A stretch of DNA of 64,000 bases from Myxococcota bacterium (GCA_040752415.1 JBFMGU010000020.1:1-64000), one strand, 5' to 3'; numbered from the stretch's first letter, positions 48,733 through 59,103 are shown. The notes: generated by a model not told the origin, from the letters alone. Translations and numbers: made by a program.

Positions 48733-49442
48733 CACGTGCCTCCTCGGTGCGTGCGGCCCATTGCGGGAAAGGCCTTCTCCACCAGGCCATCCAGCTCGCG
48801 CACGACGGAGCGGGTGGACGGAAGCAGCCACAGGACATCCGCGCCCGGCGCCCACCGCTCCAACATCGCCACCAGGGCCGCGGTGGCGCGCTGGCCCTTG
48901 CTCTCGTCGAGGAGCCACCAGAGGATCACGGCCAGGTGCAACAGGTAGAGCACCCGCCCCAGGGCCAGCGTGTCGTCGGTGGGCGCCCCCTTCCCGGTGG
49001 CGGCGCGCTCGAATGCGCCCTGCACGCGTTGCCGCGAGAAGGCCGTTCCCGGGCCCATCAGCCCGTTGTCCCCCCGCGACACCACCACGGGAATGAGTGC
49101 CTGGAGCACGTCGCGGTGCGGCCCCAACACGGCGAGGCTCTCACGCAGCACGAACAACGCGCGCCGCGACCAGGGTCCTGCCGGGAGCCGTTCCACGCGC
49201 GCGGCCAGCTCGTGGGAGAGCTCGTCATAGAGCGCGAGAACGACAGCGTGCTTGCTGGGGAAGTACCGGTAGAGCAGCCCCGTGCTCACTCGCGCGGCGG
49301 CGCTGATGTCGCGCAGCGTTGTCTCCTCGAAACCGCGCCGGGCGAAGAGCTTGAGCGCCGTCCTGTACAGCCGCCCACGCATCGCCTCGCCCTTGGCGGA
49401 CCGGCCGGGGGGACGCCCACGTCGGAGAGGAGCCTGGGACAT
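48732..49442 (-). CDS. TetR/AcrR family transcriptional regulator
   Basis: ALKLFARRGFEETTLRDISAAARVSTGLLYRYFPSK HTH. Confidence 0.92.
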   Translation of the reverse strand: MSQAPLRRGRPPGRSAKGEAMRGRLYRTALKLFARRGFEETTLRDISAAARVSTGLLYRYFPSKHAVVLALYDELSHELAARVERLPAGPWSRRALFVLRESLAVLGPHRDVLQALIPVVVSRGDNGLMGPGTAFSRQRVQGAFERAATGKGAPTDDTLALGRVLYLLHLAVILWWLLDESKGQRATAALVAMLERWAPGADVLWLLPSTRSVVRELDGLVEKAFPAMGRTHRGGT

Positions 49443-49448
49443 GCCATA

Positions 49449-49468
49449 TAAGTAATCATGTTTACTTA
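49449..49468. promoter_or_regulatory. Putative TetR operator
   Basis: AT-rich palindrome TAAGTAATCA-TGTTTACTTA (9/10 symmetric), 6 nt upstream of the TetR start. Confidence 0.7.
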
Positions 49469-49607
49469 AAAGAGCAACCCGTGCGGTGCGTGCCTCGTCA
49501 CGGCTCTGGGGCTTCCCCGCGGCCCAGGATCTCGCGGGCCGCGCGCAACAACCTCTGGGCCGCGGTGCGTGGTCTCTTCCCGCTCACGCTCTGGTAGCGT
49601 TCCCCGC

Positions 49608-51620
49608 ATGAAGCGCCTCCTGTGCGTCCTTCTCGCGCTGTACGCGCCTCCGCTGCTGGCCGACGGGCTCATTCCCGGTCCCACGCAATCCGGGCATGAC
49701 CCCACGCTCGCCGCGCTGGCGCGCCTGGTCGACCGGCAGTTCCACACCTTCAACGCCTCACCGTTCGGCCTGTCCCTGGACGCGTTCATTCCCGACCCGG
49801 AGGACCGCGCCGCGGTGGCCGCCTTCCTGGCGCAGGAGCAGGAGAACGACTTCCTGGCGTTCACCACCGCGGCAGGGCGCCCGCGCAGCGTCGACGACAT
49901 CATCGTCTTCTACGACGAGTACGGCGACCTGGGCATGTTCGGCGGCGTGCCCGCGGCGGGAGAAGCGTTCCGCTACATGGTGCTGCGCGACGAGGGCGCG
50001 CCCGCTGCCGAGGTGGACCAGGCGCGCGCCGACCTGCTGGACGCCATTGCCGCGTTCCACGTCTACGGCACCATCACCGGCACGCCCGGCACCATTGCGC
50101 GCGGCATCCGCCCCACCGGCCTGGACGAGACGGAGCTGGTGCCCTTCCCCTCGTCGTGCCCCAATTCCTGGGACCGCGGCGACACCTGGCGCGAGGATCC
50201 TTCCGGCCTCCATCCGCAGTGGCGCCTGCGCGACAACACGAGCAAGGACCAGATGCTGGGCTACGTCATGGCGCTGGGCGCGTTCTGGGACGCCATTGCC
50301 ACGGACCCCACCATCCCCTCCGACGTGAAGACCACGCTGCAGGAGGACGCCGCGGCGCTGGGTCGCTCGCTGATGGAGCCGGTGGAGGTGCGCCCGGGCA
50401 CCATGATCGACCTCGTCATCCGCGACATCAACAACTGCATGACGAAGCACCATGACCTCAACCCGCGGGAGGTCCCCAGCGACAACGGTCCGCCCACCGT
50501 GCTCGCCGCCGACAGCGGCACGCAGAACGGCTTCAACGCGGTGGCCGCGCTGGGCATCATCCGCACGCTCTACCACGTGAGTGGCGACGAGGAGCTGGGT
50601 CGCTACTACTACGACGAGCTGGTGGGCGCGCGCGGCTATCCCACGCTCATCACCACCGGGCTCGGCCGGCTGTCGACGATGTTCGCGAACTTCTGCCTGC
50701 TGGGGAACTGCCTGGTCACCAACTTCTCCAACGTGAACATGGCGTTCGTGGGCATCTACGGCCTGCTCCGCTACGAGACCGACCCCGCGCTGCTGGCCAG
50801 CTACCGCCAGGCCCTGCACGACGAGCTGTGGGACAACAACAAGCCGCACGTGGGTGTCAAGATCCAGCAGGCGTTCTTCAACTTCATCTACGCGGGCTTC
50901 CGCTCCGGTGGCACCGACGACGCCGCGGAGCAGGGCGCATTGGCCCAGCTGCTCGAGTGGCCCGCGCCGCCGTTCTTTGAGTACGCGGTCGAGAACTGCG
51001 ACAGCGCGGAGATCAGCAACAACAGCTGCGTGGGAGTGGACGGCACCCCGCTCCCGCTCGACGACGTGGCCACCCGCGGCGGCGGCGTGGCGGCGGTGGA
51101 CCCGGTGCCCATCCGCATCCGTCCCGGCAGCAACTTCATGTGGCGCTCCGACCCGCGCGAGGTGAACGGCGGCGGTGACGGCGTGCGCCTCAATCCCGGT
51201 GGCGACTATCGCGCGGCGTTCTGGCTCGGTCGCATGCTGAAGCGCAGCGCGGACAACAATGACAACCTCTCGCCGGTGGCGCGGGGGCGACCCGGGACCA
51301 ACACCAACGACGCCGGGACGGTCGCAACTCCCGACGCCGCCACTGCCGCCGACGCTGCCACCCGCGACGCAACGCTTCCCGATGCTGCCACGTTGCCCGA
51401 CGCGCAGGCGGCCACCTCCGATGCCGCGGTGGTGACGCGTGACGGCGGAACGGGCCAGCGGGTGGACGCGGGAGGCACCTCGGGCGTGGGCGGTGAGGAT
51501 GCGGCAACGTCGACACCGCCGTCGGGCACGGGTTGCGCGTGCCAGGCGGGTACCGCGGAGACAGGATGGTTGTGGTGGGTGGCGGGATTGCTGCTGGGAG
51601 CGCGACGCATGAAGCGCTGA
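49608..51620 (+). CDS. Uncharacterised secreted protein with MYXO-CTERM tail
   Basis: Signal peptide, helical domain with DNTSKDQ, DAA/DAG linker, GCAC..WLWWVAGLLLGARR. Confidence 0.8.
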   Translation: MKRLLCVLLALYAPPLLADGLIPGPTQSGHDPTLAALARLVDRQFHTFNASPFGLSLDAFIPDPEDRAAVAAFLAQEQENDFLAFTTAAGRPRSVDDIIVFYDEYGDLGMFGGVPAAGEAFRYMVLRDEGAPAAEVDQARADLLDAIAAFHVYGTITGTPGTIARGIRPTGLDETELVPFPSSCPNSWDRGDTWREDPSGLHPQWRLRDNTSKDQMLGYVMALGAFWDAIATDPTIPSDVKTTLQEDAAALGRSLMEPVEVRPGTMIDLVIRDINNCMTKHHDLNPREVPSDNGPPTVLAADSGTQNGFNAVAALGIIRTLYHVSGDEELGRYYYDELVGARGYPTLITTGLGRLSTMFANFCLLGNCLVTNFSNVNMAFVGIYGLLRYETDPALLASYRQALHDELWDNNKPHVGVKIQQAFFNFIYAGFRSGGTDDAAEQGALAQLLEWPAPPFFEYAVENCDSAEISNNSCVGVDGTPLPLDDVATRGGGVAAVDPVPIRIRPGSNFMWRSDPREVNGGGDGVRLNPGGDYRAAFWLGRMLKRSADNNDNLSPVARGRPGTNTNDAGTVATPDAATAADAATRDATLPDAATLPDAQAATSDAAVVTRDGGTGQRVDAGGTSGVGGEDAATSTPPSGTGCACQAGTAETGWLWWVAGLLLGARRMKR

Positions 51621-51628
51621 ACACGTCG

Positions 51629-52153
51629 TCAGGACGGCGTGATGGACGCCGGCGTGGACGGCTTCTTCTCCTTCTTGAACACGCCCGCCTCCGTGGCGGT
51701 GTCTTGGATGAAAGCGCTCCAGAACGTCATGTAGTCCGCCAGCTCCGTCGCGGTGATGCCACCCTCCGGCAACAGGGTGGAGGTGAAGAAGCGCAGCGAG
51801 GTGTCTCCGTCGTCGTGGGTGATGCACGAGAGCTGCGTGGGATACTCCTTGTTGTACTGCGTGATGGACGCTTCCAGCTCGTCGCACTTCCGCCCGTCGG
51901 TGCCGAACCACGCGTACAGCAGCAGGCGCGCGGGCTGCTGCCGGTAGGCAATCACGATGCGGTAGGTCTGGTCCGCCTCACACGCCAGGTCCTCGCCGTC
52001 CTGGCTGGTGCGACAGTCGAAGCCGCGCCCGGTGAGGTGATCCTGGATGGAGCCAATGACCGCCTTGGTGGATGACGACGGCTTCACCGCGGCGGACGAA
52101 GAGGCGCACGCGCTCAGCGCGCAGGCCAGAAGCACGAGGAGGGGACGGGTCAT
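51629..52153 (-). CDS. Lipoprotein, YbjN-like
   Basis: Lipobox LSAC. I..YN..Y..S....DGD..L....L..GG+T..EL..Y+..W pattern. Confidence 0.6.
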   Translation of the reverse strand: MTRPLLVLLACALSACASSSAAVKPSSSTKAVIGSIQDHLTGRGFDCRTSQDGEDLACEADQTYRIVIAYRQQPARLLLYAWFGTDGRKCDELEASITQYNKEYPTQLSCITHDDGDTSLRFFTSTLLPEGGITATELADYMTFWSAFIQDTATEAGVFKKEKKPSTPASITPS

Positions 52154-52246
52154 GTGCACCACGTGTACTCAACGAAACGGTCATGCCTCAAGCCACCAGC
52201 GCCCCGTCGTGACTCGCCCGGGTGGGAGGTTCCCCCACGGCGTCAA

Positions 52247-54079
52247 TCATCCGCTCAGCAGCTGCACCGGTCCCAGGGTGAGCGCCGGCACGTAGGTCAC
52301 CACCAGCACCACCACGAGGATGATGAGCACGAAGGGCACCGTGGCGCGGAACACGTCGACGAGCGGCCTGCCGAACCGGTACGCGGAGAGGAACAGGTTC
52401 TCTCCCACCGGCGGCATCAGGTAGCCGAGCTGCAGGTTGGACAGGAAGATGATGCCCAGGTGCACGGGATCCACGCCGAACGCCTGGCCCATGGGGAGGA
52501 TCAGCGGCACCACCACGAGGATGGCGGAGAAGATGTCCATGGCCGCGCCCACGACGATGAGCGCCAGGTTCAGCATGAGGAGGAAGAGCGCGCGCGAGTG
52601 CACGTGCAGCTCCATCCACGCCACGGCGCGGTCCGGGATCTGCGCATCCAGGAGGTAGTTGGTCAGCCCCAGCGCCACGCCCAGGATGATCAGCACGCCG
52701 CCCACCAGCGACGCACAATCCTCCAATGCCTTGCCAATCTGCTCGTCAAAACACGTGTCGCGTTGGATGAACCTCTCCACGACGAGCGCGTAGAGACAAC
52801 ACAACGCCGCCGCCTCCACCAGCGTGGCCCAGCCGCCGAGCAACCCGGTCATCACCACCACCGGCAGCAGCAGCTCCCACTTGCTCTCCCACAACGCGGC
52901 GCGCGCCTCCCGCCAGTTGAACGGCGTCCGTCCCGACGGGGAGCGGCGACCCTCATACACGCCCAGCGCCGCCACCGCGCCCACCATGATCACGCCGGGC
53001 AGCGCGCCACCCACGAAGAGCTTGTCGATTCCCACCTGCGCGTAGACACCGTAGAGGATGACCGGGAGACTGGGCGGGAACAGCAGACCAATGGAGCCCG
53101 ACGCCGTCACCAGGCCCAGCGAGAAACGCTCGCCATAACCGGTGCGCAGGAGCACGGGCAGCAGCAGGCCACCCAGCGAGAGGATGGTGACGCCGGAAGC
53201 GCCGGTGAACGACGTGAAGAACGCGAACACCAGCGCGGTCACCACCGCGGTGCCGCCGCTCATCCAGCCGAACCACGCGGTGAACAGGCGGACCAGGCGC
53301 TGACTGGCCGCACCGGCGGAGAGGATGTAGCCGCACAGGGTGAAGAGCGGGATGGCGGGAAAGAGCGGCTGCGTGGCCAGACGGTAGGTCTCGACGGGAA
53401 CCGCGGCGGTGGGCGTGCCGTCCTTCCAGAAGAGCAACAGGGCCAGCCCGCCCAGCGTGGCCATCATGGGCATGCCCAGCGACGTGGCCACCAGGATCAC
53501 CACCGCGCCGGTCCACACCATCCACGAAGCCGGCGTGATGACCAGCCACTCCCGCGCGTCGGCCACCACGAGCAGCACCGTCACCACCGCCGGCGCCGCA
53601 GCCAGCACCTGGTGGAGCACGCGCGTGCCCGCGTGTCGCAGCAGCCGCCAGCCCACCACGACGTAACACACCGGCATCACCAGCAGCGCCACCCACACCG
53701 GGATGCCCAGCGCCACCGTCTCCGCGCCGCCGCGCTCCGCCTGCACCAACTGCACGCTGGCCGTCGCCAACAGCACGCACACCACGCCCGCCACCGACGA
53801 GGTGAAGACCTTCACGCGCGCCTTGACACCGTCGGGCAGGAACGACGCCGTGGACAGCGCCAGCATCTCGTCCCGACGGGAGGCCACCAGCGCGCCCACG
53901 AACGCAATCCACAGCGTGAAATGCTGCACCAGTGGACCCGCGCCCGGCACTCCGCCACCCGTCACCTGGCGCACCGCGGCCTCCAGCAACGGAAGCGCGG
54001 CCATCAGGGCCAGGATCACCGTCGCCAACGCACCATCCAGGTGGAGACGACGGGTGTCGGTGCGCGCGGGCACGTCCAT
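52247..54079 (-). CDS. TRAP transporter fused small+large permease (DctQM)
   Basis: Many TM helices, AIPLFTLCGY, FTGASGVTI, GSIGLLFPPS, DPVHLGIIF..N..GY..PPVG. Confidence 0.9.
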   Translation of the reverse strand: MDVPARTDTRRLHLDGALATVILALMAALPLLEAAVRQVTGGGVPGAGPLVQHFTLWIAFVGALVASRRDEMLALSTASFLPDGVKARVKVFTSSVAGVVCVLLATASVQLVQAERGGAETVALGIPVWVALLVMPVCYVVVGWRLLRHAGTRVLHQVLAAAPAVVTVLLVVADAREWLVITPASWMVWTGAVVILVATSLGMPMMATLGGLALLLFWKDGTPTAAVPVETYRLATQPLFPAIPLFTLCGYILSAGAASQRLVRLFTAWFGWMSGGTAVVTALVFAFFTSFTGASGVTILSLGGLLLPVLLRTGYGERFSLGLVTASGSIGLLFPPSLPVILYGVYAQVGIDKLFVGGALPGVIMVGAVAALGVYEGRRSPSGRTPFNWREARAALWESKWELLLPVVVMTGLLGGWATLVEAAALCCLYALVVERFIQRDTCFDEQIGKALEDCASLVGGVLIILGVALGLTNYLLDAQIPDRAVAWMELHVHSRALFLLMLNLALIVVGAAMDIFSAILVVVPLILPMGQAFGVDPVHLGIIFLSNLQLGYLMPPVGENLFLSAYRFGRPLVDVFRATVPFVLIILVVVLVVTYVPALTLGPVQLLSG

Positions 54080-54082
54080 GGC

Positions 54083-55084
54083 CTACCTCGCCGTGCCGGC
54101 CGCGCGGACCTCGTTGCGCAGGCGGAGCACGTCGTCGAAGAACTCCGCGGGACAGGTCTTGTCGCGCAGCTTGGGGTAGACCGCTTCCGCTTCCCGCTGC
54201 CACACCGCGCGTTCCTGCGCCGTCAGCTCGTGCACCTTGAGCCCGCGCTTGCGCATGGCCTCAATGGCCTCGTCATTCATGTTGCGGATGCGCTCCCGGA
54301 AACGATCCCCGGCGGCCTGGGCGGCGGCCAACATGCGGGGACGCTGGTCCTCCGGGAACTTCTCCCAGACCTTGCGCGTGATGACCGTGGCGCCGATCAA
54401 CGGGGCCCACTTCAGGTCGATCATGTTGTCGGCGAGCGCGAACCACTGGTTCAGCAGCGCCAGCAGCGGGGGCACGTCGTACGCGTCGATCATGCCGGTC
54501 TGCAGCGCGGTCAGCATGTCCGTGACGGCGAGCGGGACGGGACGGAAGCCCGCGGCCTTGTAGAGCTCCAGGGTGCGCGGGTCGCCGGTGTTGGTGAAGA
54601 GTTTCATGCGCCGCACGTCGTCAGGAAGGCGCGCGGGGGTCTTGGAGAAGAAGTGCACCCAACCGGCATCACCCCAGTTGAGGACCACATAGCCGTTCTT
54701 CGCCAGGCGCTCCTCCAGCATGGGGGCAATGCGCGCGCGCACGGCGTCCAGCTCCGCGTAGGAGTTGAACATCAGCGGGAGCTGCAGGCACGCGGTGGCA
54801 GGCTCCAGGTGCTCCAGCCCCGCGCCCGAGAGCGCCACGGCGTGGAGCTGGCCAATGCGCAGCTTCTTGACCATGTCCAGCTCGTCGCCCAGCACGCCGC
54901 CGGCGTAGATGCGCAGCGACGCCTTGCCGCCGGAGATGCGGGACCACTCCTCGCCCGTCTCCTGCAGCAGGCGATGCCACGGCGAGCCCTCCGGCGCCAC
55001 GGTGCCCATCTTCACATTGACCGGCGCGTCGCCCACCAGCACGGGCACCGCCACCAGAAGCATCACCGCCATCCCGGCTCTCAT
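54083..55084 (-). CDS. dctP: TRAP transporter substrate-binding protein DctP
   Basis: KMGTVAPEGSPW, IYAGGVLGDE.DMVKKLRIGQL, LQTGMIDA. Confidence 0.88.
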   Translation of the reverse strand: MRAGMAVMLLVAVPVLVGDAPVNVKMGTVAPEGSPWHRLLQETGEEWSRISGGKASLRIYAGGVLGDELDMVKKLRIGQLHAVALSGAGLEHLEPATACLQLPLMFNSYAELDAVRARIAPMLEERLAKNGYVVLNWGDAGWVHFFSKTPARLPDDVRRMKLFTNTGDPRTLELYKAAGFRPVPLAVTDMLTALQTGMIDAYDVPPLLALLNQWFALADNMIDLKWAPLIGATVITRKVWEKFPEDQRPRMLAAAQAAGDRFRERIRNMNDEAIEAMRKRGLKVHELTAQERAVWQREAEAVYPKLRDKTCPAEFFDDVLRLRNEVRAAGTAR

Positions 55085-55269
55085 GTGGCACCATTTCGCG
55101 CCGTTGCGGCGCCGGGACACCGGACTGCAAGGCACGGTCCACCGCCGGGGCGTCACGCTCACGACGGAGCGCCGCAACCATTGCGTCCCTGTTCAAGCGT
55201 TGGAATCCCTTGCGGCGCCAGCACGTGCTCGGGCGCGGCGCGACGGGAAGATGTGCCGAGAATGATCGA

Positions 55270-56085
55270 TCAGGACTTCGCCGGGTCGAGCAGCAGTTGG
55301 AGATCCTGCTGCAACGCGCGCAGCGCGGCACGCTCGACCTCGACGTCACCACCGGCACCGTCTTGCAGCGCATCCAGCCGCGCGGCAATCGCGGGAAGCC
55401 CGCCTTGCATGGCGCGCAAGACCTCGACGCCAACACCATCCGCCACGGCCAGGCGCGCATGCAGCTGGGAGTAGCCCTGCAGCAGCGCGGTCAGCGCGTT
55501 GCGTTCCAGCTCCAGCGCGGCGCGTCCCTCACTGGACTGCGGCCGCTTCACCTGGCGATCAATCTCCGCCGAGCGCTCCTGCAACCGCGTCATCTTCTGG
55601 TGCAGCGAAATGAGCCCCGCCTTCTCCAGCACCATCTCCGCGTGGCTTCCCGGGCCCACCAGCCCGGCGGCCAGCAGGTGCTCGACGCTGCGCAGTCTCT
55701 GCTCCACCGCACTGAGCCCTTCCTTCGCGCTTTCCCGCAGCCGCGACTGCAGCCAGGCCGAGAACAGCGCGTCGATGTCCGCACCGACGAGCGCGCCCTC
55801 TCCCTGCGCCAACAACCCCGCCGTGGCCACGCCCACCCGCCACGCTTCCTGCAGCTCCGCCTTCCCCACGCGGTCCAGCTGGACCTGCAGTGCGCTCCCG
55901 TGCAGCGGCACGGAGGCCTTGGTGCTGCGAGCGCTGGCGGGGCGGTCCGCGGACTCGCGGGTGACCTGGTACTGCGTCATGCTCGTCGTCACCGCGGGCG
56001 TCGGTTCCACCCCGGAGCGCTGCACCGGAACCACCTCCACGCTCGCCTGCGTGGCCTGGGTGTGCTGACGCGGAAGCACCTTCAT
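55270..56085 (-). CDS. Hypothetical alpha-helical protein
   Basis: ATG after GGAGGGG, low-complexity N-terminus, coiled-coil C-half. Confidence 0.55.
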   Translation of the reverse strand: MKVLPRQHTQATQASVEVVPVQRSGVEPTPAVTTSMTQYQVTRESADRPASARSTKASVPLHGSALQVQLDRVGKAELQEAWRVGVATAGLLAQGEGALVGADIDALFSAWLQSRLRESAKEGLSAVEQRLRSVEHLLAAGLVGPGSHAEMVLEKAGLISLHQKMTRLQERSAEIDRQVKRPQSSEGRAALELERNALTALLQGYSQLHARLAVADGVGVEVLRAMQGGLPAIAARLDALQDGAGGDVEVERAALRALQQDLQLLLDPAKS

Positions 56086-56316
56086 GGAGACCCCTCCGGC
56101 CTGGACTGTCCGACTCTGCCAACGCTCCCGCACGCTGTCCATTCCCGCCCACGTCACCGCGCGGGTTTTGCGCACCGCGCAACGGATTCGCATCCACGTC
56201 GGGAAAGGCGTCACTCCGCGCTCGAATCTCTCGAGGAAAATCCGTCTCCAACCCTGCGGTGCGCCCGGAACACGCCCGGGCACGGTCGATGCTGAGGGAG
56301 TGCGAAGGAGGTTCGC

Positions 56317-57978
56317 ATGAAGGTGGTGATCGTCGGTGGGGTGGCGGGTGGAGCTTCAGCCGCGGCGCGGTTGCGCAGGTTGGATGAGCGCGCGGAGATC
56401 GTGGTGTACGAGCGTGGCGAGCACGTCTCCTTTGCCAACTGCGGCCTGCCGTACCACGTGGGCGGCGTCATCCCTCGACGGGACGCGCTGCTGCTCCAGA
56501 CTCCGCACTCGCTCAAGGCGCGCTTCAACCTGGACGTGCGGGTCCGCCACGAGGTGGTGGGCATCCACCCGCAGGCCCGTCGCATCACCGTGCGCAACCT
56601 GGCTACCGGCGAAATCCTCGACGACACCTACGACGCGCTCATCCTCTCCCCCGGCGCGCGTCCCATCATCCCGCCGCTCCCGGGCGTGCAGGACTCCCGC
56701 GTGCACACACTCCGCTCCATCGCCGACATGGACCGCATCATGGCCGCGGTGGACGCGGGTGCAACTCGCGCCGCGGTGCTGGGTGGTGGCTACATTGGCG
56801 TGGAGATGGCGGAGAACCTGGCCGCGCGCGGGCTGCAGGTGAGCCTGGTGGAACAGGCGCCGCAGGTGCTGACGTTCCTGGACCCGGACATGGCGGCGTT
56901 CGCGCACCACGCGCTGCGCGCCCACGGGGTCGAGCTGCGGCTGGGTGAGCGCGCCGCGGAGCTCCAGCCCATGGACACCGGTCTGCGCGTGGTGCTGGCC
57001 AACGGGACTTCCCTCGAGGTGGACCTGCTGGTGCTGGCGGTGGGCGTGACGCCGGAGACGCAGCTGGCGCGCGACGCAGGGCTGAAGATCGGGAAGACCG
57101 GTGGCATTGTTGTCGACGAGCGGATGCGCACCTCCGACCCGTTCATCTTCGCCGTGGGGGACGCGGTGGAGGTCTATCACCTGGTGGCGCGCAACCGGAC
57201 GCGCATCCCGCTGGCGGGGCCGGCCAATCGACAAGGCCGCATTGCCGCCAATGTCATCTGTGGCGTGGATTCACGCTACGGCGACACGCAGGGCACCGGC
57301 ATCATCAAGGTGTTCGACACGGTGTGCGCCGCCACCGGCGCCCCGTCCTTCATGCTGCGCGCCCTGGGCATTCCGTTCCGCACCGTGACCATCCACGCCG
57401 AGAGCCACGCCAGCTACTACCCGGACTCGCACCCGGTGCATCTCAAGCTGCTCTACTCCACCAAGGACGGGACACTGCTTGGCGCGCAGGCGTGCGGGAA
57501 GGACGGCGTGGACAAGCGCATTGACGTGCTGGCCACCGCCATCCGGCACAACGCGAACGTCTACGACCTCGAGGACTATGAGCTGGCGTACGCGCCGCCG
57601 TTCGGCTCGGCCAAGGACCCGGTGAACCTTGCGGCGTTCGTGGCGGTCAATGACCTGCGTGGCCTGGCTCCCGTTGTCGACGTGGACGGCCTGGACGCGG
57701 AGCTGGCCAGGGGCGCGTTGGTGCTGGACGTGCGCACGGACAAGGAACGCGCCAAGGGCGCCATGGGGGGCGCGGTGGGCATTCCCGTGGACGAGCTGCG
57801 GGGACGGCTGGGTGAGCTGCCCAGGGACCGCACCATCGTGGTGTGTTGCGCGGTGGGGAAGCGGGCCCACGTGGCGCAGCGCATCCTGCTGCAGAACGGT
57901 TTCCGCGCGCTGAACCTCACCGGCGGCTACACAAGCTACGCGATGGCGAAGGCGCCAACCATGGCCTCGTCTCTCTGA
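56317..57978 (+). CDS. CoA-disulfide reductase / persulfide reductase with C-terminal rhodanese domain
   Basis: GGVAGGASAAARLRR, SFANCGLPY, GGGYIG, YAPPF, rhodanese DVR..E..CCAVGKR. Confidence 0.92.
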   Translation: MKVVIVGGVAGGASAAARLRRLDERAEIVVYERGEHVSFANCGLPYHVGGVIPRRDALLLQTPHSLKARFNLDVRVRHEVVGIHPQARRITVRNLATGEILDDTYDALILSPGARPIIPPLPGVQDSRVHTLRSIADMDRIMAAVDAGATRAAVLGGGYIGVEMAENLAARGLQVSLVEQAPQVLTFLDPDMAAFAHHALRAHGVELRLGERAAELQPMDTGLRVVLANGTSLEVDLLVLAVGVTPETQLARDAGLKIGKTGGIVVDERMRTSDPFIFAVGDAVEVYHLVARNRTRIPLAGPANRQGRIAANVICGVDSRYGDTQGTGIIKVFDTVCAATGAPSFMLRALGIPFRTVTIHAESHASYYPDSHPVHLKLLYSTKDGTLLGAQACGKDGVDKRIDVLATAIRHNANVYDLEDYELAYAPPFGSAKDPVNLAAFVAVNDLRGLAPVVDVDGLDAELARGALVLDVRTDKERAKGAMGGAVGIPVDELRGRLGELPRDRTIVVCCAVGKRAHVAQRILLQNGFRALNLTGGYTSYAMAKAPTMASSL

Positions 57979-58005
57979 GCCACCGCAAGCGCACGCACAC
58001 CTGGA

Positions 58006-59022
58006 CTACCGACGGGTAGCCAGCAGCATCGTGCCCTTCTCCTGCGGGTGGAGCTCCTTGCGGTTGACGTCGTGGAAGCCCGCCACGCTCAGCCAGTCCC
58101 GCACGTCCTCCTCGCCATGGATGGTGGCGCCCACCTCCAGCATCAGGGTGAGGGCCAGCGCGGAGAGGTGGGGCTGCGGCGTGGCGGGACGCAGGTAGTC
58201 GTGGATGACGAGGAGGCCGCCCGGTTTCAGCGCGGATGCCAGGCGCGTCAGCAGCGCGCGGTTCTCCTGCGGCGTGTGGTTGTGCATGACGGAGAACAGG
58301 AGCACCACGTCGTAGCCCGTGCCCAGGTCGTCGACGAGGCTGTTGCCCGCGCGGGTGGAGATGCGGTCGGAGAGGCCGTGGCGCGCCGCGACGTCCGCGG
58401 TGTTGGCCAGCGACTCGCGCAGGTCGAACACGGTGGCGTGCAGCTCCGGGTAGCGCGTGCAGAAGGCCACGCTGTGCAGCCCGTGGGAGCCGCCCACGTC
58501 GAGCATCCGGCGTGCATCCCGAGGAAGCGACACCGCGTCCTGCACGTCCGGGACGATGTAGGCCGCGTAGGCTTCCATGTAACGCGAGAACAACGCCGCG
58601 GTGGCGGGACGCTGCTTCATCTCCTCCCACATGGAAACCCGCGGTCCGCCTCGTTGGACGGCGCCGTCCAGGTCCTCCAGCATGCGCCACGCTTCCGCGG
58701 TCCACAGCAGACCCGGCGTGAAGTCCACGGTGCCCTTGCTGGTGAAGTACGCCTCGACGAATGCGCTGTTGGCGTAGCGACCGTCCTCCAGACGCAGGTA
58801 TCCGAATGCCACCAACGCATCCAGGAGAGAACGCATGCCGCGCTCATGGCATTGCAGTCGCGTCGCGGCCTCGGTGACGTCGAGCGCACCGTTCTCCAGG
58901 AGCTTGAAGACGCCCAGGCGCGCAGCGTGGACCACCGCCGCGGAGCGCATCATGGAGAGATACACGTCGGACATCGGAAGGGGCAGCTCCGGCGTTCCGG
59001 GGCTTGTCAGCTCACGCACCAT
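58006..59022 (-). CDS. SAM-dependent O-methyltransferase family 2 with dimerisation domain
   Basis: AARLGVF..L, LDVGGSHG, TVFDL, VMHN, LKPGG. Confidence 0.88.
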   Translation of the reverse strand: MVRELTSPGTPELPLPMSDVYLSMMRSAAVVHAARLGVFKLLENGALDVTEAATRLQCHERGMRSLLDALVAFGYLRLEDGRYANSAFVEAYFTSKGTVDFTPGLLWTAEAWRMLEDLDGAVQRGGPRVSMWEEMKQRPATAALFSRYMEAYAAYIVPDVQDAVSLPRDARRMLDVGGSHGLHSVAFCTRYPELHATVFDLRESLANTADVAARHGLSDRISTRAGNSLVDDLGTGYDVVLLFSVMHNHTPQENRALLTRLASALKPGGLLVIHDYLRPATPQPHLSALALTLMLEVGATIHGEEDVRDWLSVAGFHDVNRKELHPQEKGTMLLATRR

Positions 59023-59103
59023 GCACGCTCCACCGTTGGCGACGAACGATATGCCCCATCCCGAGCCTGCTCACCACCTCCGCGGGACAACGCCCCACGG
59101 GTA

